A stretch of 58,070 nucleotides of DNA from an uncultured Oscillospiraceae bacterium. Its GTDB lineage: Bacteria; Bacillota; Clostridia; Christensenellales; Aristaeellaceae. The notes below the pieces were generated by a model that made no database searches, was not told the origin of the DNA, and saw only the letters and a list, made by a program, of their open reading frames with translations. Positions 24,124 through 31,817 of the stretch are shown piece by piece. The stretch is taken from the NCBI GenBank assembly GCA_964553125.1, contig CAZKJW010000001.1:31316-89385 (forward strand), in the 5' to 3' direction. Made by a program: the position numbers and the translations under genes. Each line of letters opens with the position of its first letter. Position 1 is the first letter of the stretch.

Positions 24124-24150
24124 CGCGAAAAATACATGCCCTTTTATGAA
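24124..24150 (+). promoter_or_regulatory. Phage-specific promoter-like motif, copy 9/9 (orphan)
   Basis: CGCGAAAAATACATGCCCTTTTATGAA. The only copy outside the left arm. It runs straight into a terminator hairpin. Confidence 0.4.
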
Positions 24151-24190
24151 GAGAGAAGACAATACGCCTTCTCTCTTTTCATTTTGTTTG
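24149..24190 (+). terminator. Rho-independent terminator
   Basis: AAGAGAGAAG-acaatacgc-CTTCTCTCTT plus TTCATTTTGTTTG. Confidence 0.65.
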
Positions 24191-24226
24191 CGTTGCCGGA
24201 TGATGAAAGAATTTTGAATAGGCGAT

Positions 24227-24412
24227 TCATTCTTTTAGCTGCGGAGCTTGATATTTCGCCGCGGGAGATGCGTTCTTGAATTCAAGACGGAAGTCCCGCT
24301 CCGGAATGTCGTTCAGTTCCGTTTTGTAGCCGGCAACCAAGCCGCACCTCGGACATTTCCGAGAGGCAAAATTGATATTGCACCGATAGCAGGTATATAG
24401 ATATCGATTCAT
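24227..24412 (-). CDS. Zinc-ribbon protein (61 aa)
   Basis: Product MNRYLYTCYRCNINFASRKCPRCG..., with a GAAAGGAAAC SD. One of only two convincing - strand genes. Confidence 0.5.
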   Translation of the reverse strand: MNRYLYTCYRCNINFASRKCPRCGLVAGYKTELNDIPERDFRLEFKNASPAAKYQAPQLKE

Positions 24413-24467
24413 GTGTTTCCTTTCTCGACAATCAGTTCCGAAGAGACTGCGATTCTCTTTGGCGCAT

Positions 24468-24496
24468 CTTTTACCATGAAATCGGTGCAATGTCAA
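24468..24496 (-). promoter_or_regulatory. Sigma-A-type promoter for the - strand zinc-ribbon gene
   Basis: On the - strand: TTGACA-17 nt-(TGg)TAAAAG. Confidence 0.55.
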
Positions 24497-24535
24497 GCGG
24501 CATTCTGTGAAAACAAAATCAAGGAGGTCAGCGTC

Positions 24536-24868
24536 ATGAAACGAGGCTCAAAGGAAGCGAAGTTTCAGAGCGCTCTGATTCGCGAACTGAAAAAGCGGTT
24601 CCCCGGCTGCATCGTGACGAAGCTGGACTCCGGCCACATACAGGGCATACCGGATTTGCTTCTTCTCTGGGGAAGACGCTGGGCTGCGCTGGAATGCAAG
24701 CGAAACAAAAGCGCGCATCATCAGCCCAATCAGGAGTATTACGTAAGCCGGATGAACGAGATGTCCTTTGCGAGATTTATATTCCCGGAGAACAAGGAGG
24801 AAGTCCTGAATGAACTGGAACAGGCATTCGGAGGTGGAGGGAACGCACGCGCTCCTCTCTCCAAGTAA
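24536..24868 (+). CDS. VRR-NUC domain nuclease
   Basis: AAGGAGG SD. E..FQ..LI..L....... then GIPDLLLLWGRRWAALECK (the G-x-PD ... E-x-K motif). Confidence 0.75.
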   Translation: MKRGSKEAKFQSALIRELKKRFPGCIVTKLDSGHIQGIPDLLLLWGRRWAALECKRNKSAHHQPNQEYYVSRMNEMSFARFIFPENKEEVLNELEQAFGGGGNARAPLSK

Positions 24869-25373
24869 TTATCACTGGATTGGCTACGACGAAACCAAAC
24901 TGGCGGAGACCTACAAGCGCAAACAGGCGATTGCAAAGGGCACAGAGCTTCACGAGTTTGCCGCCCGGTGCATTCGGCTGGGGCAGAAGCTGCCCAAGAG
25001 CCAGAAAACGCTCAACATGCATGTCAACGACGCCATCGGCTACAAGATGACGGCCGAGGTTCCTTTATATTATTCCCCCAATTGCTACGGGACGGCAGAC
25101 GCTATTTCCTTTCGGAACGGCATGCTGCGCATTCATGATTTGAAAACAGGCGAAACCCCGGCGCACATGGAGCAGCTGATGATCTATGCGGCGCTTTTTT
25201 GTTTGGAATACCGCGTGAAGCCCGCCGACATCAAGATGGAGCTTCGCCTGTATCAGAACGACCAGATCATTTATCATAACCCCGAGGTGGATGAGATTGT
25301 GCCAGTGATGGACAAGATTGTCAGCTTCGACAAAATCATCAACCGCATCAGAGAAGAGGAGGGCGAAGCATGA
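24810..25373 (+). CDS. PD-(D/E)XK (RecB/Cas4-like, DUF2800-like) nuclease
   Basis: THALLSPSNYHW, GTELHEF, GTADAISF..GMLRIHDLKTGE, QLMIYAALF. No Cys cluster. Confidence 0.65.
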   Translation: MNWNRHSEVEGTHALLSPSNYHWIGYDETKLAETYKRKQAIAKGTELHEFAARCIRLGQKLPKSQKTLNMHVNDAIGYKMTAEVPLYYSPNCYGTADAISFRNGMLRIHDLKTGETPAHMEQLMIYAALFCLEYRVKPADIKMELRLYQNDQIIYHNPEVDEIVPVMDKIVSFDKIINRIREEEGEA

Positions 25374-28141
25374 ACCGGGTCGGTGACGAAATTTTGATGC
25401 ACTACGGCGTGAGCGCCAAGGACGGCGCACCGGGGCGCGGTTCAGGCCGGTACCCTCTGGGAAGCGGCGAAGACCCAAACCAGCATCGCGGGGATTTTGC
25501 CAGCCGCGTACAGGAGCTGCGCAAGGCCGGCATGAGCGAAAAAGATATTGTGACGGCGCTGGGACTGAAAAGCACCTCTGAGCTGCGCGCAAGATATTCC
25601 ACGGCGGTGAACGAGCAGCGGACGCAGAAGATTGCCCGCGCCCGGCAGATGCTGGACGAGGGACGGAGCCGGGCGGAGATTGCCCGCGAAATGGGCATTA
25701 ACGAATCGACCCTGCGATCTCTTTTGAACGAGCGAAGCGCAGAGCGTACGCGGGCAGCACAGATCACCGCCGATTTTCTTCGGGCGCAAATCGAAGAAAA
25801 GGGAATGATCGACGTGGGCACCGGGGTGGAGCTGGAGCTGGGCGTGAGCAAGGAAAAGCTGAACCAGGCGCTGGCCATGCTGGAAGAGGAAGGCTATGTG
25901 CTCTATGGCGGCGGCGTGCCGCAGGTGACAAACCCCGGCAAGCAGACGAACATTAAGGTCATCTGCCCGCCCGGCACAGAACACAGGGAAATTTATGACT
26001 TTGAAAATGTCCACACGATTACGGATTACAAGATGCGGGTGGATGAGAACGGCGAGGAGCATTTTGAAAAGGGGTTTGAATACCCCGCTTCGCTGGACTC
26101 CAGCCGCTTGCAGATTCGCTATCGCGATGACGTAACGCCCGATGGCCACGCCGCCATTGAAAAGGACGGAACCATTGAGATTCGCCGCGGCTGCGCAGAC
26201 CTTGACCTTGGCGAAAGCCATTACGCGCAGGTGCGGATTCTGGTGGACGGGGACAAGTACCTCAAAGGCATGGCGTTCTACTCGGACGACCTGCCGGACG
26301 GCATCGATGTGGCGTTCAACACCAACAAATCGCCCGGACAGGAAGCGCTGAAGAAAGCCAAGACGGACGACCCGAACAATCCCTTCGGCGCGCTGATCAA
26401 GGAAGAGGGCGGACAGTACCACTACACCGATGAAAATGGAGAGCGCAAGCTGGGCCTCATCAACAAGACCCGCGCTGAAGGCGACTGGGGCGAATGGGCG
26501 GACGCGCTTCCTTCGCAGTTTCTTTCCAAGCAGAGCCAGCAGCTGATTAACAAGCAGCTTGGTTTGGCGATTGCGGACAAGCAGATGGAGTTTGACGAGA
26601 TTTGCGCGCTGACCAACCCCACGGTGAAGAAGCAGCTACTGGAGACCTTTGCCAACGACTGCGATTCGGCGGCGGTGCATTTGCAGGCGGCGGCCCTGCC
26701 GCGGCAGAAGTATCAGGTGATCCTGCCTATCGCTTCTCTCAAGGACAACGAGGTATACGCGCCCAACTATCAGGACGGCGAAACGGTGGCGCTGATCCGC
26801 TATCCTCACGGCGGCACGTTTGAGATTCCGATCCTGACGGTGAACAACAAGCAGGCGGATGGACGGCGCATTCTGGGGACGAACCCTGCAGATGCCATTG
26901 GCATCAATGCAGAGGTGGCGGCCCGCCTGTCTGGCGCCGACTTTGACGGCGACACCGTGATGGTCATTCCCTGCAACTCCTCCTCAAGCAAGGTGAAGAT
27001 CACTTCGACCCGTGCGCTGGAAGGCTTGAAGGACTTTGACAACAAGATGGAGTATGGCTCGACGGTGAAGGTAGACGCGGACGGTACGGAACACTACTAC
27101 CACAACGGCCATGAATTCAAGCGCATGACCAAGAGCCAGACCCAGATGGAGATGGGCAAGATCTCCAATCTGATTACCGACATGACGCTCAAGGGCGCGA
27201 CCACGGAAGAGCTGACCAAAGCCGTGCGGCACAGCATGGTTGTCATCGATGCGGAGAAGCACAAGCTGGACTGGAAGCAGAGCGAGATTGACAACGACAT
27301 CCCGGCGCTGAAAAGGAAGTACCAGATGCGCGTCGACGAGGACGGCAGCGTTCACACCGGGGCATCCACACTGATCTCGCGCGCCAAATCCCCCGTCGCG
27401 GTGCTCAAGCGCAAGGGCAGCCCAAAGATCGACCCCGACACCGGCGAGCTGGTCTACAAGGAGGTCGTGGAGGAATACACCGACAAGCACGGAAAGACCC
27501 GCGTGCGCACACAGGACTCCACGCAGATGGCGGAGACGCGGGATGCGCGGACGCTTTCCAGCGGGACTCCGCAGGAAGAAGCTTATGCTGCTTATGCCAA
27601 CAAGATGAAGGCTTTGGCGAACGAAGCGCGCAAGGAGATCATCTCCACAGGACGCATCCAGTACAGCGCGTCCGCCAGAGCCGCCTATGCGGAGGAGGTC
27701 GATTATCTGACCGCCCAACTGAATGTGGCGCTGAAGAACGCCCCGCGCGAGAGACAGGCGCAGCTTGCTGCTAACAGCGAGGTGAAGGCGATGAAAAAAG
27801 CGAACCCTGGAATGACCCAAAAAGAGGTCAAGAAACAGGCGCAGCTGGCGCTGTCGAGGGCGCGGACAAGGTACGGCGCGAAGCGCAATCCCGTCAACAT
27901 CACTGCCCGCGGATGGGAAGCGATTCAGGCAGGGGCAATCAGCGAGAACGTACTGAGCCAGATTCTCCGCTTTGCAGACACCGATCAGGTGAGAGCCTAC
28001 GCGACACCGCGCACAACCACGGCATTGTCCACAGGAAAACAGGCTCGCATTAAAGCGATGCGCGCTTCTGGCTACACAAACAGCGAGATTGCGCAGGCGC
28101 TTGGCATCTCGGCCTCAACCGTGTCGAAATACAGCAATTGA
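25370..28141 (+). CDS. YonO/QDE-1-like single-subunit two-barrel RNA polymerase with N- and C-terminal HTH motifs
   Basis: ETVALIRYPHGG...LSGADFDGDTVMVIP, then ~65 aa later MGKISNLITD (the DxDGD ... GxISN catalytic signature). HTH-like GRSRAEIAREMGINESTLRSLL and GYTNSEIAQALGISASTVSKY. N-terminal MHYGV...GSGRYPLGSGEDP. Confidence 0.6.
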   Translation: MNRVGDEILMHYGVSAKDGAPGRGSGRYPLGSGEDPNQHRGDFASRVQELRKAGMSEKDIVTALGLKSTSELRARYSTAVNEQRTQKIARARQMLDEGRSRAEIAREMGINESTLRSLLNERSAERTRAAQITADFLRAQIEEKGMIDVGTGVELELGVSKEKLNQALAMLEEEGYVLYGGGVPQVTNPGKQTNIKVICPPGTEHREIYDFENVHTITDYKMRVDENGEEHFEKGFEYPASLDSSRLQIRYRDDVTPDGHAAIEKDGTIEIRRGCADLDLGESHYAQVRILVDGDKYLKGMAFYSDDLPDGIDVAFNTNKSPGQEALKKAKTDDPNNPFGALIKEEGGQYHYTDENGERKLGLINKTRAEGDWGEWADALPSQFLSKQSQQLINKQLGLAIADKQMEFDEICALTNPTVKKQLLETFANDCDSAAVHLQAAALPRQKYQVILPIASLKDNEVYAPNYQDGETVALIRYPHGGTFEIPILTVNNKQADGRRILGTNPADAIGINAEVAARLSGADFDGDTVMVIPCNSSSSKVKITSTRALEGLKDFDNKMEYGSTVKVDADGTEHYYHNGHEFKRMTKSQTQMEMGKISNLITDMTLKGATTEELTKAVRHSMVVIDAEKHKLDWKQSEIDNDIPALKRKYQMRVDEDGSVHTGASTLISRAKSPVAVLKRKGSPKIDPDTGELVYKEVVEEYTDKHGKTRVRTQDSTQMAETRDARTLSSGTPQEEAYAAYANKMKALANEARKEIISTGRIQYSASARAAYAEEVDYLTAQLNVALKNAPRERQAQLAANSEVKAMKKANPGMTQKEVKKQAQLALSRARTRYGAKRNPVNITARGWEAIQAGAISENVLSQILRFADTDQVRAYATPRTTTALSTGKQARIKAMRASGYTNSEIAQALGISASTVSKYSN

Positions 28142-28158
28142 AAGGAGTGAACAGTTGT

Positions 28159-28410
28159 ATGACCAAAGGCTGCATGCTGACGACGTTTGACAATCCTTAC
28201 AATCCGTTCACTCAGTTTGAGAAGTGGTTTCTGTTTGACACGGAAAAAGGATACAACACTTGCGCGTACCTGGGGCGAATCGTCCGGACGAGCGACGAAT
28301 TCACCGAGGAAGAAAACGATTTGGCGAATGAGCGCGCAATTGACGAGATCATTAAGTATGATTTCAGAAACATTTACAGGAAAGTCTGCTCGAATGCGAA
28401 GAGAACATAA
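28159..28410 (+). CDS. Conserved phage protein of unknown function (83 aa)
   Basis: TTFDNPYNPFTQFEKWFLFD..KGYNTCAYLGR is a pattern I recall from many Firmicutes phages. Confidence 0.55.
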   Translation: MTKGCMLTTFDNPYNPFTQFEKWFLFDTEKGYNTCAYLGRIVRTSDEFTEEENDLANERAIDEIIKYDFRNIYRKVCSNAKRT

Positions 28411-28702
28411 GGAAACATCCGCTGAGAGCCATAGGGGGAGGGTAGCGAAAATGCACCCCCTCCCTGCATCGCCGGCCTCCTTGGAAATTCTCCGGAGGGA
28501 AGTTTTTGCGAAATGTTTTTTAGGCGGTCGTGGTGTTTAGACGAGCTTATGGGGTGGTTGAGGGGGATGCTCGGTCAAGTTTGCGGGCATTGTTGGTCTG
28601 TTCTTTGGATTTCTTCATCTCTTTCTCCTTTCGGCAGACCAATCAAGTACCTCATAAGTTCATCTAAGCATCATGATTAACACGGAAAAGGAGGGCAAAG
28701 TC

Positions 28703-29062
28703 ATGCCACGAAGAGCGAAAATGGCAGAGTCCTCCGGGGCTACGCCGAAAATGCGTCCTGCGCTTACACCTGAAGCGCGAGAGGGGCAAATGATTTCGCT
28801 GGCGATGGATCTCGTGGAGGAACGGCTGCGCAACGGTACCGCTTCTTCGCAGGAAACCACGCATTTTCTCAAGATCGCTGCCAACAAGAAGATTGATGAA
28901 CTGAATATTCAGTTGGCACAGAAAGACCTTGAACTGAAGGAAGCAAAGAAACAGGCGATTTATTCTGCGGAGCGCATGGAACAGCTTTACAGCGAAGCGA
29001 TTCGGGCGATGCAGAGATACAGCGGACATGGTGATGAGGATGAAGAGAACATCGACTATTAA
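28703..29062 (+). CDS. Possible terminase small subunit / packaging-associated protein
   Basis: The ATG at 28703 follows AAAAGGAGGG. LRNGTASSQETTHFLKI plus a coiled coil resembles small proteins found upstream of HNH/terminase in Firmicutes phages (recollection). No direct proof. Confidence 0.3.
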   Translation: MPRRAKMAESSGATPKMRPALTPEAREGQMISLAMDLVEERLRNGTASSQETTHFLKIAANKKIDELNIQLAQKDLELKEAKKQAIYSAERMEQLYSEAIRAMQRYSGHGDEDEENIDY

Positions 29063-29471
29063 AACCTACAGTGAGTTGAATCGGCTGCCTACGTTTCTTG
29101 AACGCTTCGAATATTTGAAGCTGTCTGGTCAGGTGGGGCAGGAAACCTTTGGCTTTGATCGATATTTGAATCAGAGTTTCTACCATTCCAGCGAATGGCG
29201 ACCGATACGGGACTACGTTATTGCACGTGATTTGGGTTGCGACCTTGGTATGGAAGGATACGAGATTCATGGGCGGATTTATATTCACCACATGAATCCG
29301 GTTACTGCAGACGATATTAAACGAGCAACGGAGTTTCTGACAAATCCGGAGTATTTGATCTGCACAACCCACAACACGCATAACGCGATTCACTATGGCG
29401 ATGCCTCATTGCTCATTACCGAGCCGGCGGAGCGAACGCCTTATGATACCTGCCCATGGAAGAGAAGGTGA
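29028..29471 (+). CDS. HNH endonuclease
   Basis: SSEWRPIRDYVIARDLGCDLG ... IHHMNP ... THNTHNAIH. Adjacent to the packaging genes. Confidence 0.8.
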   Translation: MVMRMKRTSTIKTYSELNRLPTFLERFEYLKLSGQVGQETFGFDRYLNQSFYHSSEWRPIRDYVIARDLGCDLGMEGYEIHGRIYIHHMNPVTADDIKRATEFLTNPEYLICTTHNTHNAIHYGDASLLITEPAERTPYDTCPWKRR

Positions 29472-29477
29472 GGACTT

Positions 29478-30035
29478 ATGATTCAGTGGTTTGAGTATAG
29501 AGACGTATGGCCCAAGGTGAAACGTTCTGCACGAACGACCGTCAGCAGGGAGGGTGAGGGGACTTATCCCAGCGACACATGGAAGAAGACGATTCTGTTG
29601 GCAGAGCACAGTCCTATCCGTAGAATTCGCTTTTCATGGAAGTGGAAAGATCTGAAAAGCTGGATTTCCGTTCACTTTGTGCGCCACAAGATCGGCATTG
29701 AGCATTGGGTGTCGACCCAGCGGAGCGACCGCACCGGTGTTCCGCGCGACAAATTACCCCAGGATGCCTTAGTCAGCCACGAATGCGAAGCGGATGCACA
29801 GGCGCTGATCTTTATCAGCCGTCGCAGGCTCTGCAATCAAGCGGCAAGCGAAACTCGCGCCGCTTGGCGAGAAGTGAGAGACAGAGTGGCTGAGGCAGAC
29901 CCGGTGCTCGCATCCGTCATGGTGCCAGAGTGTATCTATCGTGGATTCTGTCCGGAGTTCCATTCCTGCGGGTATGCTGACACACCTGAATACGCTACAG
30001 CACTTGCTGAATATCGAAAGAAAGAGGTTTCGTGA
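29478..30035 (+). CDS. Divergent ThyX-like (flavin-dependent thymidylate synthase fold) protein
   Basis: AEHSPIRRIRFSWKWKDLKSWISVHFVRHKIGIEHWVSTQRSDR parallels the ThyX H-S-x-x-E-H...F.F...S...S.QLVRHR-x7-S-x-RY block. It has RHK instead of RHR, no RY, and is only 185 aa. Confidence 0.4.
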   Translation: MIQWFEYRDVWPKVKRSARTTVSREGEGTYPSDTWKKTILLAEHSPIRRIRFSWKWKDLKSWISVHFVRHKIGIEHWVSTQRSDRTGVPRDKLPQDALVSHECEADAQALIFISRRRLCNQAASETRAAWREVRDRVAEADPVLASVMVPECIYRGFCPEFHSCGYADTPEYATALAEYRKKEVS

Positions 30036-30373
30036 TGGAGAGTATTCTCAACGCAGTGAAGAAAGCTTCAAATATTGGGATAGACAACAGAGACTTTGAC
30101 GCAGAGGTTATTCTTTATACTAATGGTGTATTGTGGAGAATCGCCGAAGCAGGTGTTGGCCGAACGGGTTTTTCAATCCATGATGAAAACCAAACATGGA
30201 GCGATTTTGTTGGCGAGCAGACAGATTGCATGGAAGGGGTAAAGACATACGTCTGTATTAAAGTGAAACTCATTTTTGATCCTCCGACATCCACCGCCGT
30301 TCTGGAAAGTATGAATCGAATTGTTAATGAATACGAATGGCTTTTGAATGCAAGAGGCGATAAAACTTGTTAG
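30035..30373 (+). CDS. Hypothetical protein (112 aa)
   Basis: The ATG at 30035 overlaps the upstream stop (GTGATG). Confidence 0.5.
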   Translation: MESILNAVKKASNIGIDNRDFDAEVILYTNGVLWRIAEAGVGRTGFSIHDENQTWSDFVGEQTDCMEGVKTYVCIKVKLIFDPPTSTAVLESMNRIVNEYEWLLNARGDKTC

Positions 30374-30409
30374 AATTAACAAAGATGTAACCGATGGTAA
30401 TCGAAAATT

Positions 30410-30440
30410 CAATCTTCGGCAACAGCTGACATGCTATAAT
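30410..30440 (+). promoter_or_regulatory. Extended -10 promoter of the AT-rich moron
   Basis: TGcTATAAT at 30432-30440. Weak -35. Confidence 0.45.
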
Positions 30441-30580
30441 TAAACAGGAATTTCGTGGAATGTATAAAGAACTTGCGGAAGGCCCCTATTTGTTGGCTTT
30501 GATGGTATTCTGGTTTGGACAGAGGTAAGTATTCCAGCTTCTCAGAGAAGTATATTTATCGCCGACAGGAGGATGAGCGA

Positions 30581-31033
30581 GTGAAAAAGTTTCTTGCGGT
30601 TCTGATAACGTGTATACTGCTGATTGTCCCCGCATTTGCTGAAACTATTGACCTATCCTTAATGAGTTTGGACGAGCTGATTCAACTGCAGGATGCTGTA
30701 AATACTGCAATTAGCGAACGACTCGGTTTTGGATTTGACGATTCGAAAATTGGGATGGGATATTACGATGTTGGTGTAGACATCAAGCCTGGCAAGTATG
30801 ATTTGATTTGTACTTTCGCGGAAATGGAGTATTTGGCGTACAGTAATTCCGAACAGAGTAAATGTATGGTCGCAGTTATCTCTGACGGAACCGATGACGC
30901 AGAAGCAATCAGCGAGTTTTATTACATTGCCGCCGGACAGCAGATTTCAGTTGAACTTGAAGAAGGAAACGTGTTGGTTATTGCACGCGGCAATTTTCTG
31001 ATTCGGACCAGCGAACATAGCTGGGCACCATAA
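30581..31033 (+). CDS. Secreted protein (signal peptide), 150 aa
   Basis: The GTG follows GGAGGATGAGCGA. Product VKKFLAVLITCILLIVPAFA/ETID... Confidence 0.6.
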   Translation: MKKFLAVLITCILLIVPAFAETIDLSLMSLDELIQLQDAVNTAISERLGFGFDDSKIGMGYYDVGVDIKPGKYDLICTFAEMEYLAYSNSEQSKCMVAVISDGTDDAEAISEFYYIAAGQQISVELEEGNVLVIARGNFLIRTSEHSWAP

Positions 31034-31053
31034 CAAGGGAAGGAGAATGTGAT

Positions 31054-31212
31054 ATGGGATGCTTGATTGTGGTCGCGGGTGTCCTGTATATTCTGTCTCC
31101 AATTGATCTATGGCCAGGAATTATCGATGATGTAATTTGCCTTGTGCTGATGATACTGTTGTGCGCCAGAAATGGAATTAACCCCTTTGACCATGACGAA
31201 TCAGATGAATAA
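31054..31212 (+). CDS. DUF1232 (YkvA)-like small membrane protein (52 aa)
   Basis: GAAGGAGAA SD. YILSPIDLWPGIIDDVICLVL matches the SPxDLIPD..P..G..DD motif. Confidence 0.5.
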   Translation: MGCLIVVAGVLYILSPIDLWPGIIDDVICLVLMILLCARNGINPFDHDESDE

Positions 31213-31233
31213 CTAAAGCACGGAGTGATGCTT

Positions 31234-31749
31234 ATGGCTACGGAACGCTTTTGTAAAAACTGTGGTGCTGAACTCGATGCTAAAGCAAAATTCTGTTCCG
31301 GATGTGGAACGCGTGTTGAGAGTGTTTCGCTGACAAAACCGCTTATTGATCTGATTTGTGAAAATTGTGGGAGTTCTTTGAAAGTGTCACACGACGATCA
31401 AACAATGGCAATATGTCCGCATTGTGGCCATAATCATATGATTCCGTCAAATCGAAGCGTGAAAATTCAGCAAATCAAAAGCGATACACATAAAGCGATC
31501 GAATTAGACAGACAGAAAACCCTGCGACTCATTTCTGAGCGCGAACAGACCAACAAAGAAAAAGAAAATGAAACCTCTTTTCTAAAATGGCTGGTTGAAA
31601 GTTTGCTTGCACGGAGTGGCACCGTTATCGGAACCCTATTCTGCTTATTGGCGCTCCTATTCGAGAATATACGGGGTCTGTTGCTATTTGGGCTCATTCT
31701 TTTATTTGTCGACACAATCGCATCTAAATTAAAAAAAAACAATCATTGA
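31234..31749 (+). CDS. Double zinc-ribbon protein with C-terminal TM helices
   Basis: CKNCG..CSGCG and CENCG..CPHCG pairs. C-terminal GTVIGTLFCLLALLF...LLLFGLILLFV. Confidence 0.6.
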   Translation: MATERFCKNCGAELDAKAKFCSGCGTRVESVSLTKPLIDLICENCGSSLKVSHDDQTMAICPHCGHNHMIPSNRSVKIQQIKSDTHKAIELDRQKTLRLISEREQTNKEKENETSFLKWLVESLLARSGTVIGTLFCLLALLFENIRGLLLFGLILLFVDTIASKLKKNNH

Positions 31750-31754
31750 TTCAA

Positions 31755-31789
31755 AACCTCTGAGTTCAATACTCGGAGGTTCTTTTTTT
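31755..31789 (+). terminator. Rho-independent terminator
   Basis: AACCTCTGAG-ttcaata-CTCGGAGGTT plus CTTTTTTT. Confidence 0.8.
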
Positions 31790-31817
31790 ATACTTGCAGG
31801 AAAGGAGTGATGGACAT

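Larger units (their letters stand above)
23811..24124 (+). ncRNA. Predicted antisense RNA (type I antitoxin candidate) covering the Hol-Tox-like gene
   Basis: Starts downstream of the 23775 promoter and is fully complementary to 23898-23984 and its 5' UTR. Possible end at hairpin CCGCCA-(10 nt)-TGGCGG plus a T-rich tract (24090-24124). The ends are not determined. Confidence 0.35.
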
